This document shows positions 37,470-50,948 of a DNA stretch of 64,000 bases, piece after piece. Position 1 is the first letter of the stretch, and the number at the start of each line of letters is the position of its first letter. This stretch comes from Pseudogymnoascus verrucosus. Its lineage: Eukaryota. The notes beneath the pieces are model-generated. The model was given only the letters and a program-made list of their open reading frames with translations, did no database searches and was not told the DNA's origin. The stretch is taken from the NCBI GenBank assembly GCA_001662655.1, contig KV460209.1; one strand, 5' to 3'. Position numbers and translations under genes: made by a program.

Positions 37470-38885
37470 GGGGTGGCTTGCTTGGATTGGTGATATTGGT
37501 GATATTGGTGATTGTAATTTGGGCTACAGAGTAGAATGGTATGCGATACTGTGTTGGGGGAAGGGAAGAAAGTTGATATTTATACACTTCCTGGTCTTCC
37601 ATCGACCATGGAACTCAAGTCTCCTGAGAAGAAATCACAGGACTTAATACTCAGCTCGCACGTAGCTGGGCTGATACAAGACATAGGTGAGTGCTGAGAA
37701 ACGTATTATGATAGGCATAGGAGTTTCTCACATTTGCCCCGCGGTGCGTATGGTTACTAAAGGGGGTGTGATTGATGGCAAGATTGGTTGTTAGAATGAG
37801 AAGGTGAATCGAGAGTTAGGATAGAGGGATGCTCGCGGACGAGACCGGGGATACAAGCCTACCATCTATATGGCCCCAAGAACCAACTCTGGTCCTGTCT
37901 CAACGAGCCTACATGACCTCAATCATCGGCGACCAGTCCAGAGAAAACTGTTGTAGACACAAGCCATACAGAATCTCTTATCGATATTAGACCAAGCCAA
38001 CCCCAGCACACAACTCCTCGGAGCCGTCCCAACCCAACCAGCCCCACAGATGTCCAATATGCACAGACAACCCCAAAATCTTCAACCCTCAGCACTTAAT
38101 ATAAACATCTACAACCCGACGACGCAGGGAAGTGGGGAATGTCTCAGAGCCCGACCCTTCTACGCACGAACAAGCGTACAGCGGCCGTTGGGATCGCGTA
38201 ATGGGATCTCGATATCTGTTTCACGGCTGGCTTGGGAGTATAGGGTTCCTCTTCCGGAAAAGGGATTTCGAGGATAGATATCAACTGAAACATTTGGTCT
38301 TTTATGGAGGGGAAAGGACCCCATACTCTCCTAGACAAATAGGGCACAAGCATCCTTTCGCGGCAAGGACCCCTTCCCTCCCCACCCCCTGAACCCCTAA
38401 TCACACCAATAGCACAGCACAACCCACCTCATCATAAAAACACACACCACTCAACTCCCCCAAAAAACAAAAAAAAACAAATCATCGTCATAAGAATCGT
38501 GGAGATTATATTCCTTCTCAAGCGCCGGCCCCTACTTATAAAATAGGCACCAGCCACCAGCTACCAGCCGGCACCCTATCCCCCCCCACCCATTCATTTC
38601 TCATCGTCCTACATCGCATGCGTGCACAAAACATGACGCCCTTGTTTCCAACAGGCTTTCCCACCCATTTCCCACCCCTCCCCTCCCACCTAAACAGCCT
38701 CAAACACACTAAAACAACAAGACAGGCAAGACATTACCGCACCACAACGAGTAATTTTCGCCCCAGAAACCCACAAACAAATCGACACAAAAGCAACCCG
38801 CAACGCTCCGTCCCCATCCTTCCCTTTTCCATTCCGTCCTTGTTATCCTTTCCCTTACGCAGACCACCTAACCCACATAATTAAC

Positions 38886-41511
38886 TCATTGCGGACCCCA
38901 CACCACCGCCTGCATAAAATTTACCCCCATCCCATCATCCATAACATACCCATTCGCCCAGATATCCGTTTCCATGTCCATCCCGGTCCCAAATATCTCC
39001 AAATCCTTGCCGCCGTGCATGCTAATCTCCTCCAGTCTCCTAAACGCACTTTCCGGGCTCGGCTTCGGGGACGCCCAGTTGCCGCTGCTGGTTGACGCAG
39101 GGGGACCGGGCTTGTACGTCTCGGGTGAGGACTGCGAGGGGTGGTCGTAGGGCGTGGAGTTTGTGGTGCCATTTGCCGGGGGGGGGTACATAGAATTCAG
39201 TGTTGTAGCGGCGGCGTAGGTGGAGTTTTGTGGGTAGTAAGTAGCGGTATTCTTAGGGCTCGCGTGGTGATTCACATATCCCTTATTAGACGGTGTGTAC
39301 TCCTCCGCCACGCTGCCATTGCTCGGGGGAGCGGTAGTGTTGACAGTAACCCATCCGTTGTCATTGCCATTTCTCGATGCGGAACGAGCGTGACCGGATG
39401 GCTGGGGCTCGGCTTTGATGTGTGTTGATGGGCGCGAGCCGCCGTTGGTGGCGGAGAAGGGGGAGATGCGGTCGGGAGAGTCGTAGCGGTCTTGTTCGAG
39501 GGAGGGGCCGAAGTCCTTGAGTTCCTTCTCGAGGAGCTTGTATTCCTCGAGGCCACCGCCGTGGCCACCCTCGCGGAGGCTGAGCTCCTTGGCATGGGCT
39601 TCGCGGCGCTGGTGCTCGGAGCTGGGGAGGCCGAGAGCTCGGATGCTGCGGTTGTGGTCTTTCTTGATGTTGACAAAGTAGTGCTCCATGCGCTTGATCC
39701 AGACGCTCCAGCCGCAGGCCATTTTGGACCTGGGCAGCATGAGATTGAGGGTCTTTACGGCGAGGTCAGTGGCTTCATGCCTGCCGGTGGGGTAGGTGGG
39801 GTTGTGGTCCAGGGTTGTGGGCGAGTTGCTCATGTAGGAGTTTTTGTCCATCCAAGGGAAATGGACGGCGTAGATGCCGACGAAGGCGGCGGTCCACACG
39901 GCGAATCCAACTTGTGGCGACTCAACCATGACCTGCCTGTCGCTAGTAACCCGCACTATATCCATGATGTCGCGAGCGGATTTGAAAATCAACTCGGCAC
40001 TCTCGTCCCAGAACCCCTCTGGGATATCGTATTTATCTGGTGGAAACGTCGGCTCGTCTAGAGGTCCGGAGGGGCCAACGCTTCGGATAGGGATGAACGG
40101 AATATATTCGCGATGAAGGACAATGTTGCAAAGCGAATAAAGCGTGTGGATGGCCGTGTACAACGTAATAGATTTGCTGGCGATATGTGCGGCGATCTTC
40201 GTAGGGCTGAATGTCAGTTTCGGGGGTAAGGACTCATGGAAAGCTACGAGTTGCTGCCGTAACTTGTAAAATTCGGATCGCTGGTCCCATGGGGGGTATT
40301 GTTCCTCCCGTCTGCCACCTCTGCATGACCACCGTGAGAATCGTCCCCAGATCTCGACAAGTCGGATGTATATGCTTAACACATTAGTCGAAGAAATGGT
40401 CCTCGAACCATCCCGGCTGTCAGGCGACCGAGGGGTGTCCTTCAGCGATCCAGTCTTGACATCAACCCCAAATTGGAAATCTTCTTCCGAACAGGGCAGT
40501 TGCACGTGCAGGTCGTCGATATTGATGATCTGTGGCCGATATCGCCCGGATGCCTGGTACCGGTCCAGAATGAAGCAACTATAAGCCGTTCTCCGCTTGA
40601 TCTCGCGCTGGATCAGGGTCTGCTCGTCGGGTGCTGCCCCTGCCTCCGCCACCTTCAATTTCACCCCTAACTGCCGCGCCTCTTCTATCAGAGCTGGCTT
40701 TTGACTTGTCCGTGAATCTTCTTCAAACATGAGTCCCATAGTCCGGGCCATCCTATTATTCTGTTAGGAGCGTCTTATATAGTGTCTGAGCATAAACTTA
40801 CCCGATAGCAATCGTGATGTACATCCAGGCGCGTTGGCCACGGCACATCCCCCAGTGATACAGACTGATCATGAGCAACCCCTGAACTCTTTCCAATGAC
40901 GGCTGCCCGGTCAGGGCCGGCGCATCAAGGCGAGCCGCGAACGCTTCGGCATAGAACTCCGATGCCGCAAGAGGATCAGAGGGGTCAGATTGGCTGTGAT
41001 ATGCCACCAAATCCGGGATAAACCGCGCCGTCAGCGTCAGCATGCCCAGGAGAAAGATCTGAGTATCCGCAGAGCGCTCCGCAGCAGGCTGATGAACGCG
41101 GGTATGGAAGACCTCCTCATGCAGGAACGGCAGCTCGGTCGAGCAGTGCAGCATGAATGTAGTATACACGTCCTTCCACAGCTTCGCCGTGATCGGCGGG
41201 GACTCCAGCGGATCATCGCTCTGGCGAAAGCTCTGCTTCCTCACCGCATCCGACTCGCGCTTGCGCACGCGCTTGACATCTCCTCCCTCCCCATCGACCC
41301 TCGCCGCGATAGTCGACTCGGGCCGCTTGTTCGCCTGCTGGCTGGCGCTCGGCTCGGGGTATGTGCATTCGCGGCTCTGGTTGGCGCAGGCGCGGCAGGC
41401 GGTATTCACGCCGTTGTTCTGGCACTTGATCTTGCTGCGGCGGCAGCGGTAGCAGGCGATGCTCGAGCGCATCTTCGGCAAGGGCTTCTTGTCGTCGGGG
41501 TCATCGTGCAT
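38886..41511 (-). CDS. Zn(II)2Cys6 transcription factor with fungal-specific TF domain
   Basis: MRSSIACYRCRRSKIKCQNNGVNTACRACANQSREC; middle homology region EIKRRTAYSCFILDR..VQLPC; intron 40753-40801. 41511 is the first in-frame ATG, but the frame stays open to 42153. Confidence 0.88.
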
Positions 41512-44500
41512 GTCTACGTGGCGCGGGGCGTCATGCCGCGCGCCGGGGGGTTCGGGGCGGTGTGTATGGGTGTGGGTGTGGACGCCGGCGGCGGGCGTGC
41601 TGTTGGTATTGGTATTGGTGTCGTTGGTAGTATCGCTCAGGCGGCGGCGGGAGGGGGGCGACGCCGCCGGGCGATGAGAGAACTCCGTGTCGGCTTCGGG
41701 GAAGGCCTCGGCGTGCGGTCGCTTCGGTGTCGATGCCTCTGGGGTGTCGATTGTTGAGGGGGGGTCGGAGGGCGAGAGTATCGCGGCGATGGAGTGAGGG
41801 GAGGGAATTTTGGCGGTTTGGAGGCCCTGCGGGGACCGTCGCTTCCGGTGTTGGTTGTAAGCCTGGTTTTGGGGGGGGGGGGGATATGCGGTGCGCGGTG
41901 AAGGGTGTTGGGATGAGATTGAGCCCAATCGCTTGCGCAGAGGGTCTTGTATGTGTCGAGAGATGTTGGATGGACAGCAGATGGTGATGTGAAACCAGGA
42001 AGAGGACTGCGGAGGGAAGATGAAGGGTGTGTTTGCGTCGTACAGCTCGATTGTTGGTGGCGCGATCAAATAAATGTCTGGAGGAGGGAGTATTGGTATT
42101 GAGGATCCTGGGAAGCGGCGGCCAGTCAGGTTCAGGGCGCGCGCGCGGGCGGACTAGTATAGCAACTATAGTGCGGTATCCGAGTCCGAGGGAGGAGGGA
42201 CCAGCTGGAGAAGGCTGTAGAGAAAGGTACGATAAAAGGGGAATAGAAAAGCGATCGGCACTTGAATAGAAAAGCTCTAGAAACAAGAAATGCCTTTAGA
42301 AATGCTTTTAGGTTGAAGCAACGGGATAGGAAGAAGAGAGTATAGCGTATAGTACAGTACGGCGTATGTACAGCAGTTGGTGGTCGTAGAGCGGCGGCGG
42401 GATAGTACACAGCGACAACACGGAACACAGTGAAATATGTACAGTAGAAGAAGTACTTTCAAGATTCACAGAATAATCTGAATAATCTGAATAATCGCGG
42501 GAGAGAGATGTGAGATGTGAGATGAGCGTACGTGCGTGGTGCGTTAGTAAAATGGCGTGCATATGTATAGGATAGGTATAGTATAGAGTAGTAATAGACA
42601 AGGACCGAGTAATAGATGGGGATAGGATGGGGGTGGGGGGAGTACTAATTGGGGGGAAAATAGAGTATAATGGAGTATAAAATGGGGGGCAGACTGGGGA
42701 AAAGAATCACGGCGGTAGGCGGGTGCGAATTATGGTGGAGAAGGGGGGGGAGGAGGAAGTTGTGCTCGGGATTGTGTCCCCGGAGAGATGTGGTTAACGA
42801 TAACTGGGCCGTTAGTTCTCAGGTTTGGCTGTTTCTTGTTTCTCTGGGGAAGCACGAAAAGAGCGCATGTGGCACGGCGAGAAGAGGAGAGGATAGGAGA
42901 TGGAGATGGGGAGTACGGGGTAGATACAGATATACAGATGCATTGCATTGTTGGTAGATGCAGAGGCGACACAGCACGGATCGGACAGCGAGTTAAAGCC
43001 AGTTAAAGTTCCCGAGGCGCGCAAACAACCCTCATACAAGAACACTAACTGGCCAACAATCCTAAGACCACAGAAACTATCAGCCGGTCTGCTCAATAAA
43101 TGACCAGACAGGGCGAATTCTACACTCTTGTCTCACACTCCCTTCTTCGGACAGATAGACAGACATATGAGGCTTCACCCACACCCCACATGTACTCCTT
43201 GCTCCTCGTGAATAACCCCCCCGACACGGAAATCACATTCACAACCACCCCCTTCCCTCCCCGGTCGGCCGTGGGGGACTCCCTACCCTCCTGCCCTGCA
43301 CAGCACTCACACGCGACAAACGGCATCCCAACCCGCGGCCCGATCGCGGCCCAGCGGTAGTTGCACATACAGTAGACTACGAGTCCATTGTTTCGCGTAC
43401 GCTGGGCGGGCATGGGATGGAAGTTGGCGGGCACATCACCGCTGGCTGGGGACAAGAGAACCATCGGAGCGGCTGGCGCGGATGGCGGAGGAGGAGGATG
43501 AATTAGGCATCGCGCGCGCGGCGCTGGAGGAGAACGGCAGGATAGGACCAGTCCAGTCGGCTCTATTGCACCTCGCTCAAGCCGATAGTGGGACGGAGTT
43601 GGCGGGACTCACGGGCCAGAAACTGGACTTACTCAGGCGGGGCGATTCAGACGGCGGACAATAACATACGGACGGCACGAAGCGGTTGTCTCCAACTTCC
43701 ACATCTTAAGGCCAGTACCGACCGAATTCCCACCCAACTCGGCGAGGATCTCTCGGCGGATAAAAACAGCCACCAGGCAGGAAGACGGATACAGGATTCC
43801 CGCCGGGGGATGATTGTTTGCTCCCCAGCGAGCGCCACGATGTGATCGCGCACCCTGCCGCAGCACGACCCCGGCTGGTCGGGCGGACGAGACAGCGGTC
43901 TCAGCCTAGAGGTTAGGGCACCCTGCGAGCCAACGCGCAGCCTTGGATGGGTCCACTGTAATCACAGCGCATCAGCGCTGGGTTCTAGCCCTGATCCTGG
44001 CGTGGCTCTGGCGGAGTCCGCGCCCTGGCAGGAAGCCTGGTGTTGTACCAACACGACCGCCGCCCGCCACAGGAGCGATAGCCGCTGATGCCGCGGTGGT
44101 GCTGGTTGTATATTAAGGAGGTGGAGGGAAAGGAAGGAAGGAAGGAGCGAACATGATTTTTTTTGTTTTGAAAGCGGTAGGTGCGGCTGAGGAATCCTAC
44201 ATCCTCCTCAGGGTAGGTGCGTGGGTTGCTCCTTCCTTCCTTCCTAGCTGGCTGAACTGTTGGTGTTGTCTTCATTCCTTTACTGTAGATCCAATCTTCC
44301 AATATGCACAGCACTCACTGTAGACACTCCTGCGCCATCGATCGTAAGCCCAGCTCAGCCCATCACATCCAGCACATCGCCAGCGCGCCTTACAATCTGA
44401 AACCCACCAGCATAAAGTCTCAGCCCTCTTCCCTTCTAGCATCTAGCCCGTACTTACCGAGATCACTCCCACTCCCTCGCCCACTCACCAGCACGATCTA

Positions 44501-46303
44501 TATCAGTAAAAACGACAGGTCCCCCCGCCGGAGCAGCGGTCTGAGCCGTCTCTCCAGCGCCCAGCACTCCAAACCCACCATCCAGCACCTACCACCGCTG
44601 GCCCTGCTGGGTCTGCCAGGCCCGCAGCCCACCACAGCAGTAAGTAAAACACGGGACGAGACGACGAACAAACTCGCAAACCAAACCACACCTCGGCTAG
44701 CGGCAGCACATTCCTGCTTCCGAAAAGGGGGGTGGTGTATGGTCATACGATTACCGCAGGTTGGAGCGTGGGGGGCTCATCACGGGTGTGTGTGTCTGGT
44801 GCTTCGTGTATGGGATGGGGTGCCGGTTAGGTTCGGTGGTTATGGGTAAATGGGGGAGGGCCGATCGCGGGGTTAGGTCAGGGCCATAGGAGAACTGAGG
44901 GGATGATGAGGGATGGATTGTAAATCACTTGACTGATTCGAGGGGGTTGATGCCGGATCGTGGATAATCACGTGATTTGTGACCTTGGTTCAGGAACAGA
45001 GGGGTTTTGAGTATATCACGGCTCCAGCCTGTAGTAACAGTAACAGGGCCTCGTAGTATCCAGCGCAGAACCGCTCTCTTCATATGCATCGTCTCGGTCA
45101 CGTGCATCCTCCTCCTCAATCTCATCTCATCTCATCTCCTCCCCCTTGCCTTACCTCGCTGCCGTGGGATCAGATTACGAACCACATCGCTCCACATCCC
45201 GCGGGGGACGGCGCAACGTATCGCCCAGGGCCTCTTGTCGTCTCCGCTCCGCTGCGTTCAGCCTGCGTCCCCCGAGCGATCCCCCACCATGCACGTGGCC
45301 GGAAGTGGTCTGGGAATGCTTGTATATGTATAGCAGCTAGCTATATAACCTGGTGTACGTAAAGGAGCACTGTAGTAGAGCTTTTGTATGTAGATTTTTG
45401 CGGGGTCCGGTAATGCACCTCATCTCTTGCACTCATTTTAAAGAGTTACATGTGCCAGTTCTGGCGCGGTCGCACGTGAGGGGGGTGTATATAGGTGCAG
45501 TAGTTGCACGCCGCTGATGCTGCCACTGGCTGGCTGGATACAACTACGCACGCACTGCGGCCCCTTGGAGTGGTGGGATGGAGGCGGCAGCAGCATGTGT
45601 ACCTGACCCAGCACCTTCCCTCCCCGCCCTTCGTTTCTTATTCCGCGGCATCCCAAGATTAGACAGCCACACGCCTCCACTCTCCAAGCCCAGCCCCTCC
45701 CTTCCTCCACACCACAGAGCCACACAGCACGCACAGCGCCTTAATCCCTCGCCGTCCATCATTCCCCCGAGTGGTGAGAGGCGGTGCTGGGGGGATGGGG
45801 GAGTATGTTATGTTATTTGTCAACCGCGCGGCGAGGGACGGGGCGGGTTTGTGTGAGGGAGGGAGCGACGGGGGTCTAGAACTGGTGTCGTGTGCCGTGG
45901 CGCCGCCGACGCTGCCGGATGCATCGAAGCTTGCAGGAGGCGGGGGGGGGAATGGGGGAGGGGGACGTCATGTACGCCCTTTGGCGACGGGGGGAGCTTC
46001 GAGATGCTTACTGAGAGCACACGAGGTCAGCATGGAGCATGGAAGTAAGCACTGGGGAGTCGAGTCATTGAACCTGGGGGGTGGTAAGGTAGGTGTTGTC
46101 GGTTGGGAAGTGGCCAGTCAGAGAGCGTGAGGGGGAGGTGGTTGTTGACGCGCTTGCGCTTATATGGTATGGTATGAGCTTCTATGGGTGGTAGAGGAGC
46201 TAGAGATGGTCGGATGGCCCTGTTGTTTCTGGTTCCAACTTCTCTTTTAGGAGATTGATTAGTGATAATTCCTTCGAGTAGACTATGACTCCTATAAAGT
46301 GGA

Positions 46304-46400
46304 TGGAGATGGAGATGGAGATGGAGATGAAGATGAAGATGAGAAGGAGAAGGAGAGGAGTAAGGAGGTACAGTACAGTACAGTACAGTACAGTACAGTA
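46304..46400. repeat. Simple repeats (GAGATG)n and (TACAG)n
   Basis: Directly visible short tandem arrays in the long intergenic region. Confidence 0.8.
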
Positions 46401-47327
46401 TCTAGAGTACAGTTATTATACATTTCTGTATTATACATTACACATATATGTACCCATCGGGGAAGCTTATAGAAGCAGAAGCTCACACTCCCCCTTCTTC
46501 CCCTCATAAACCCCCACGCTGGGCGCCAAATACTAGACCAAAAACAAACTAACGTCTCCCCCTCGAGCCAGGCGCAGCAGCTACCCTCCACGCCGTTGTG
46601 ACCATGTTTTCCATATTCCCCATCCCATGTTTATCCACGATTTGCCGTTTGTGACTTCCCTCGTCCACCGAGCAAGTAAAAAAAAACCAGCTTTTTGTAG
46701 CTTTAGGGAAGCTATGTCATCGGCGGTTCCGGGAAATATTACGGGCTGATCGTATGTTGATTACGAAGTTACCCGTATACAACAACTTCAAAACTCCACC
46801 GAAACCCCGTCTCCGCTCGATTTGATTCCTCAGCAGTTGCCGGTGTACTGGAAGTACTGTTTTGTGCTATAGAATACTATAATGGAACTATACCGCACTA
46901 TACTATACTATACCATAATGTATGTATGACTATTCCCGCATAGTACGTAAGGTGCAGCTCAACAGGTTATAATCGCCCATCACCACTGCACTTCACTTCC
47001 TACTCGGCGTAAGGTCATGTACTGTATGTACATATAAAGTGGCAACTACCGTAAAATACCTCACGTACATTCATAATTATATACTTCTATTCACTCAAAC
47101 CTCCCCTGTCTCTTACTCCCCGATCTCCAGTTCCGCCGATCTACTTAAATTCAACGTGACAGAGCACTAGACCAAGATATATATAACCCTTGAGAGGTGC
47201 ACCACTACGTTCCTGCATACTCTTTTCCCCTTCTCTCTCCCCCCATTCTCCCCCAAGAAACAAACCCTCACTTTCACCTCTCTATTCCCTCTTCTCTTCC
47301 ATCAACGACAAAACTACAGGTCTCAAA

Positions 47328-50300
47328 ATGACTATCCCAACAACCCCTCCCCCCGAGGTCGACACCTTCGACAAATCCCATACCCATGACGATCCCCGCC
47401 ACGCAAGGCTGACAGTACCCAGCAAGGCTACCGACGCCCACGCGACCCCGCCAAGCCCCGCTCACAGCACCCTCGACTTCATCGATATCATCGATATTCG
47501 TCGCGATGCCCTCGGTTCCTCGCTCGATCTCGGGCGTGACATAATGGCGCAGCTGGCGCCGGCGCGGGGGCCGAAGAAAATGCCGACGTTGCTGTTGTAT
47601 GATGAGAAAGGGCTGCAGACGTTTGAGGAGGTGGGTTGGGGTGGTCCCTTGTCCCCTGTCCCTATCGTCGACCCTAGGCGATAAGTGGTGTGATGTTTAA
47701 TGGTGGTGGTGGCTAATTGATTTTGTGGGGTGGGCAGATTACGTATTTGGAAGAATATTATTTGACGAATGCCGAAATCGAGGTGTTGGAGAGGAATGCC
47801 GAGGAGATGGCGAGGAATATACAAGCTGAGTCAATGGTTATTGAGCTTGGTAGTGGGTGAGTTGTTGGTCGACTTCCTGACGGCTTGGTCCAGAGGAGGA
47901 GTAATATGAAAATAGTGTGCATGCTAACTCAGCTACAGAAATCTACGCAAGGTGAGCATACTGCTTAACGCCCTTGAGAAAGCGGAGAAGTCTATCCATT
48001 ACTACGCCCTGGATTTGTCAAAGAGGGAGCTCGAGAGGACACTGAGCTCTGTACCAAGATTCGAGCATGTCGTGTGCCATGGTCTGCTAGGGACGTATGA
48101 TGATGGGCTCGAGTGGATCAGGTCCGGGTGTAATGCTTCGTGGCCAAAGTGTATTATGTCTCTGGGGTCGAGTATTGGTGAGTATGCTCCCTGTTTCCAT
48201 GTTATCACTTACTAATTTTGATAGGTAACTTCAACCGAGGCGATGCGGCGGATTTTCTCAAGGGATTTGCGGATATGCTTAGGCCGAGTGACTCGATGAT
48301 CATCGGGCTGGATGCATGTAACGACCCCGCGAAAGTATAGTAAGTTTATTCTCATATGTGGTTTTGATCAGATGGCTAACTTGTGTCTCCAGCCATGCGT
48401 ACAATGGTAAGAATTCCAAATCTGTCTAGTAATTATTTCTAACGTATTTCTTTCAAGACTCTCTAGGCATAACACACAAGTAATATCCCCTGATTTTCAT
48501 TATCTGGGAGTCATAAAGCTAATATGATAATAGATTTATCCTGAACGGACTCGACAATGCCAACAGCATACTCGGTGAGCATGTCTTCAACACCAATGAT
48601 TGGGAAGTCATTGGCGAGTACGTCTGTGACAAGGATGGTGGAAGGCACCAAGCGTTCTATGCTCCGAAGAGGGATATTACTATTCGCGGCGTTTTTATCG
48701 AACAAGGTGAGCGCGTTCAGGTCGAGCAGAGCTTAAAGTACTCCCAGGCCGAGAGTGAGGCTATGTGGGCGGCTGCTGGACTCAAAGAGGTTGGGAAATG
48801 GGGGGCTACAAAAGAGCCATATAGTAAGTTTGTCCCAAATCTTCTTACACCAGCGTATTTAATGCTACTCGAGCCATATCAGAAGTTTCTGGTATTAATT
48901 GCAAGTACTTGATATATTATATTGCCTTATTGCTTAATTCCAAATTTATTACCCTTAATATTTGCAATTAGACCAAAAACCATAAGCCATCCATTCTAAC
49001 CCCCCACCCAACAGACATCCACATGCTCACCAAACGTGCCAAACCCTTCCAACTCCACCCCTCCCAATACGCCCTCACCCCCACCCCCACCCTCGAAGAC
49101 TGGCGCGGCCTCTGGTCCACCTGGGACACCGTCGCTCGCGGCATGATCCCCAACAACGAACTCCTCGCCAAGCCCATCAAGCTCCGCAACGCCTGCATCT
49201 TCTACCTCGGCCATATCCCAACCTTTCTGGACATGCAGCTCAGCAAGTCCACCGGGGCGCCCTTGTGCGAACCCTCGCACTATCCGCAGATCTTCGAACG
49301 CGGGATTGATCCCGACGTGGATAATCCGGATAATTGCCACGCCCACTCCGAGATCCCGGATCAGTGGCCGCCGGTGGAGGAGATTCTGGAGTATCAGGCG
49401 CAGGTGAGGAGGAAGGTGGAGGGGTTATATGCGTCGGGTGCTTCTGAGGCGTCGAGGAAGGTGGGGAGGTCATTGTGGATTGGGCTTGAGCATGAGATTA
49501 TGCACTTGGAGACGCTGCTGTATATGCTTCTGCAGTCGGATAATCGAATGCCGCCTCCGCGCACTGTCAAGCCTGATTTTGAGGAACGGGCGAGGAGGGA
49601 TGCGGAGAGGGAGGTGGAGAATCAGTGGTTTACGATTCCGGAGCAGGAGATTACGCTGGGGCTGGATGATCCGGAGGATAATTCGGGGGATGGGCATTTT
49701 GGGTGGTATGCTTCTTCAGGTCCGTATTAAAGATGGACTTGTACTGACAAGGGTGATTTAGGGATAATGAGAAGCCGGTGAGAAAGGCTCATGTGCGGTC
49801 TTTCCAGGCGAAGGGACGGCCGATTACGAATGAGGAGGTGAGTGGATATGATGAATACTGTTTCTAATCGTGGCACTGATATCATATAGTATGCGATTTA
49901 CCTCGATGCTACGGATAATGAACAGTTGCCAGCTTCGTGGACAAGGCAGCATGCCAATGGAGATCTGTCAGCTCATACACCCAATGGCAATACAAATGGC
50001 TATACGAACGGGAATGGACATGCTAATGGAAATGGCCTAACCAATGGAAATGGTCTCACCAACGGCAACGGATATCACTCTAACGGCTACGCCAATGGCC
50101 ACACCAAGCTCCATCCCTCCTATATATCCAACATCCTCGTCCGCACCGTCTACGGCCCCGTCTCTCTCGCACACGCACTCCACTGGCCCGTCAGCGCATC
50201 ATACGACGAGCTGACGCGCTGCGCGAAGTGGATGGGAGGACGCATTCCAACAGTCGAGGAGGCGAGGAGCATCTACAGTTACGTGGATGGGAGGAGACTG

Positions 50301-50948
50301 AAGGAGGTGCGGAATGCAAGGAGGGTGCCGGCTGTTAATGCGTATGTTATCCCTTTCCCTATTTTTGGATTTTAGATTTTCGACCACAAGCTAACCCCCA
50401 AAAGCCACCTCGTAAACAACGGCGTCGAAGAAAGCCCGCCACTCCGCCACCCCGCCGACTCCCCCGCCAACCCCCATTCAGCGCTCTTCACAAACCTCGA
50501 AGGTGCCAATGTGGGGTTCAAGCACTGGCATCCTGTGGCAGTGACAGCGGATGGGGATAAGTTGGCGGGGCAGGGGGAGATGGGGGGTGTGTGGGAGTGG
50601 ACGAGCTCGGTGCTGGAGAGGCATGAGGGGTTTAGGGAGATGGAGTTGTATCCGGCGTATACTGGTGAGTTCTGAGTCTAGTGTGGCGTGGTGAGGGGTG
50701 TGACAGATGCTAATGGTGATTGGTATAGCGGATTTCTTCGATGGGAAGCATAATGTCGTACTTGGTGGGTCGTGGGCGACGCATCCTAGGATTGCAGGGA
50801 GGAAGAGTTTGTGAGTATACTCTACCCCTATTAATCCTATACAACGGGTAAGTTGAACATGTTACTGACATTCTATTCCAGCGTAAACTGGTACCAGCGA
50901 AACTACCCCTACGTCTGGGCCGGCGCGCGTCTCGTTCGGGATATCTGA
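47328..50948 (+). CDS. egt1: Ergothioneine biosynthesis protein Egt1 (histidine methyltransferase + sulfoxide synthase), multi-exon
   Basis: MPTLLLYDEKGLQTFEE, IELGSG, LGSSIGNF (EgtD-like); IFYLGHIPTF, FERGIDPDVD, EHEIMHLET (DinB-like iron site); GVWEWT and NWYQRNYPYVWAGARL (FGE-like). Confidence 0.95.

Noticed and set aside
43550..43740. GGTGGGAATTCGG (minus) resembling RNase P RNA CR-I
   Set aside because: One base short of the fungal motif, and the CR-V/P4 pairing and spacing do not fit.
43905..43925. CCCTAACC on the minus strand as a telomerase RNA template
   Set aside because: Only 8 nt. I could not build a convincing pseudoknot or P6.1 hairpin downstream, and similar strings occur by chance at 60485 and 62695.
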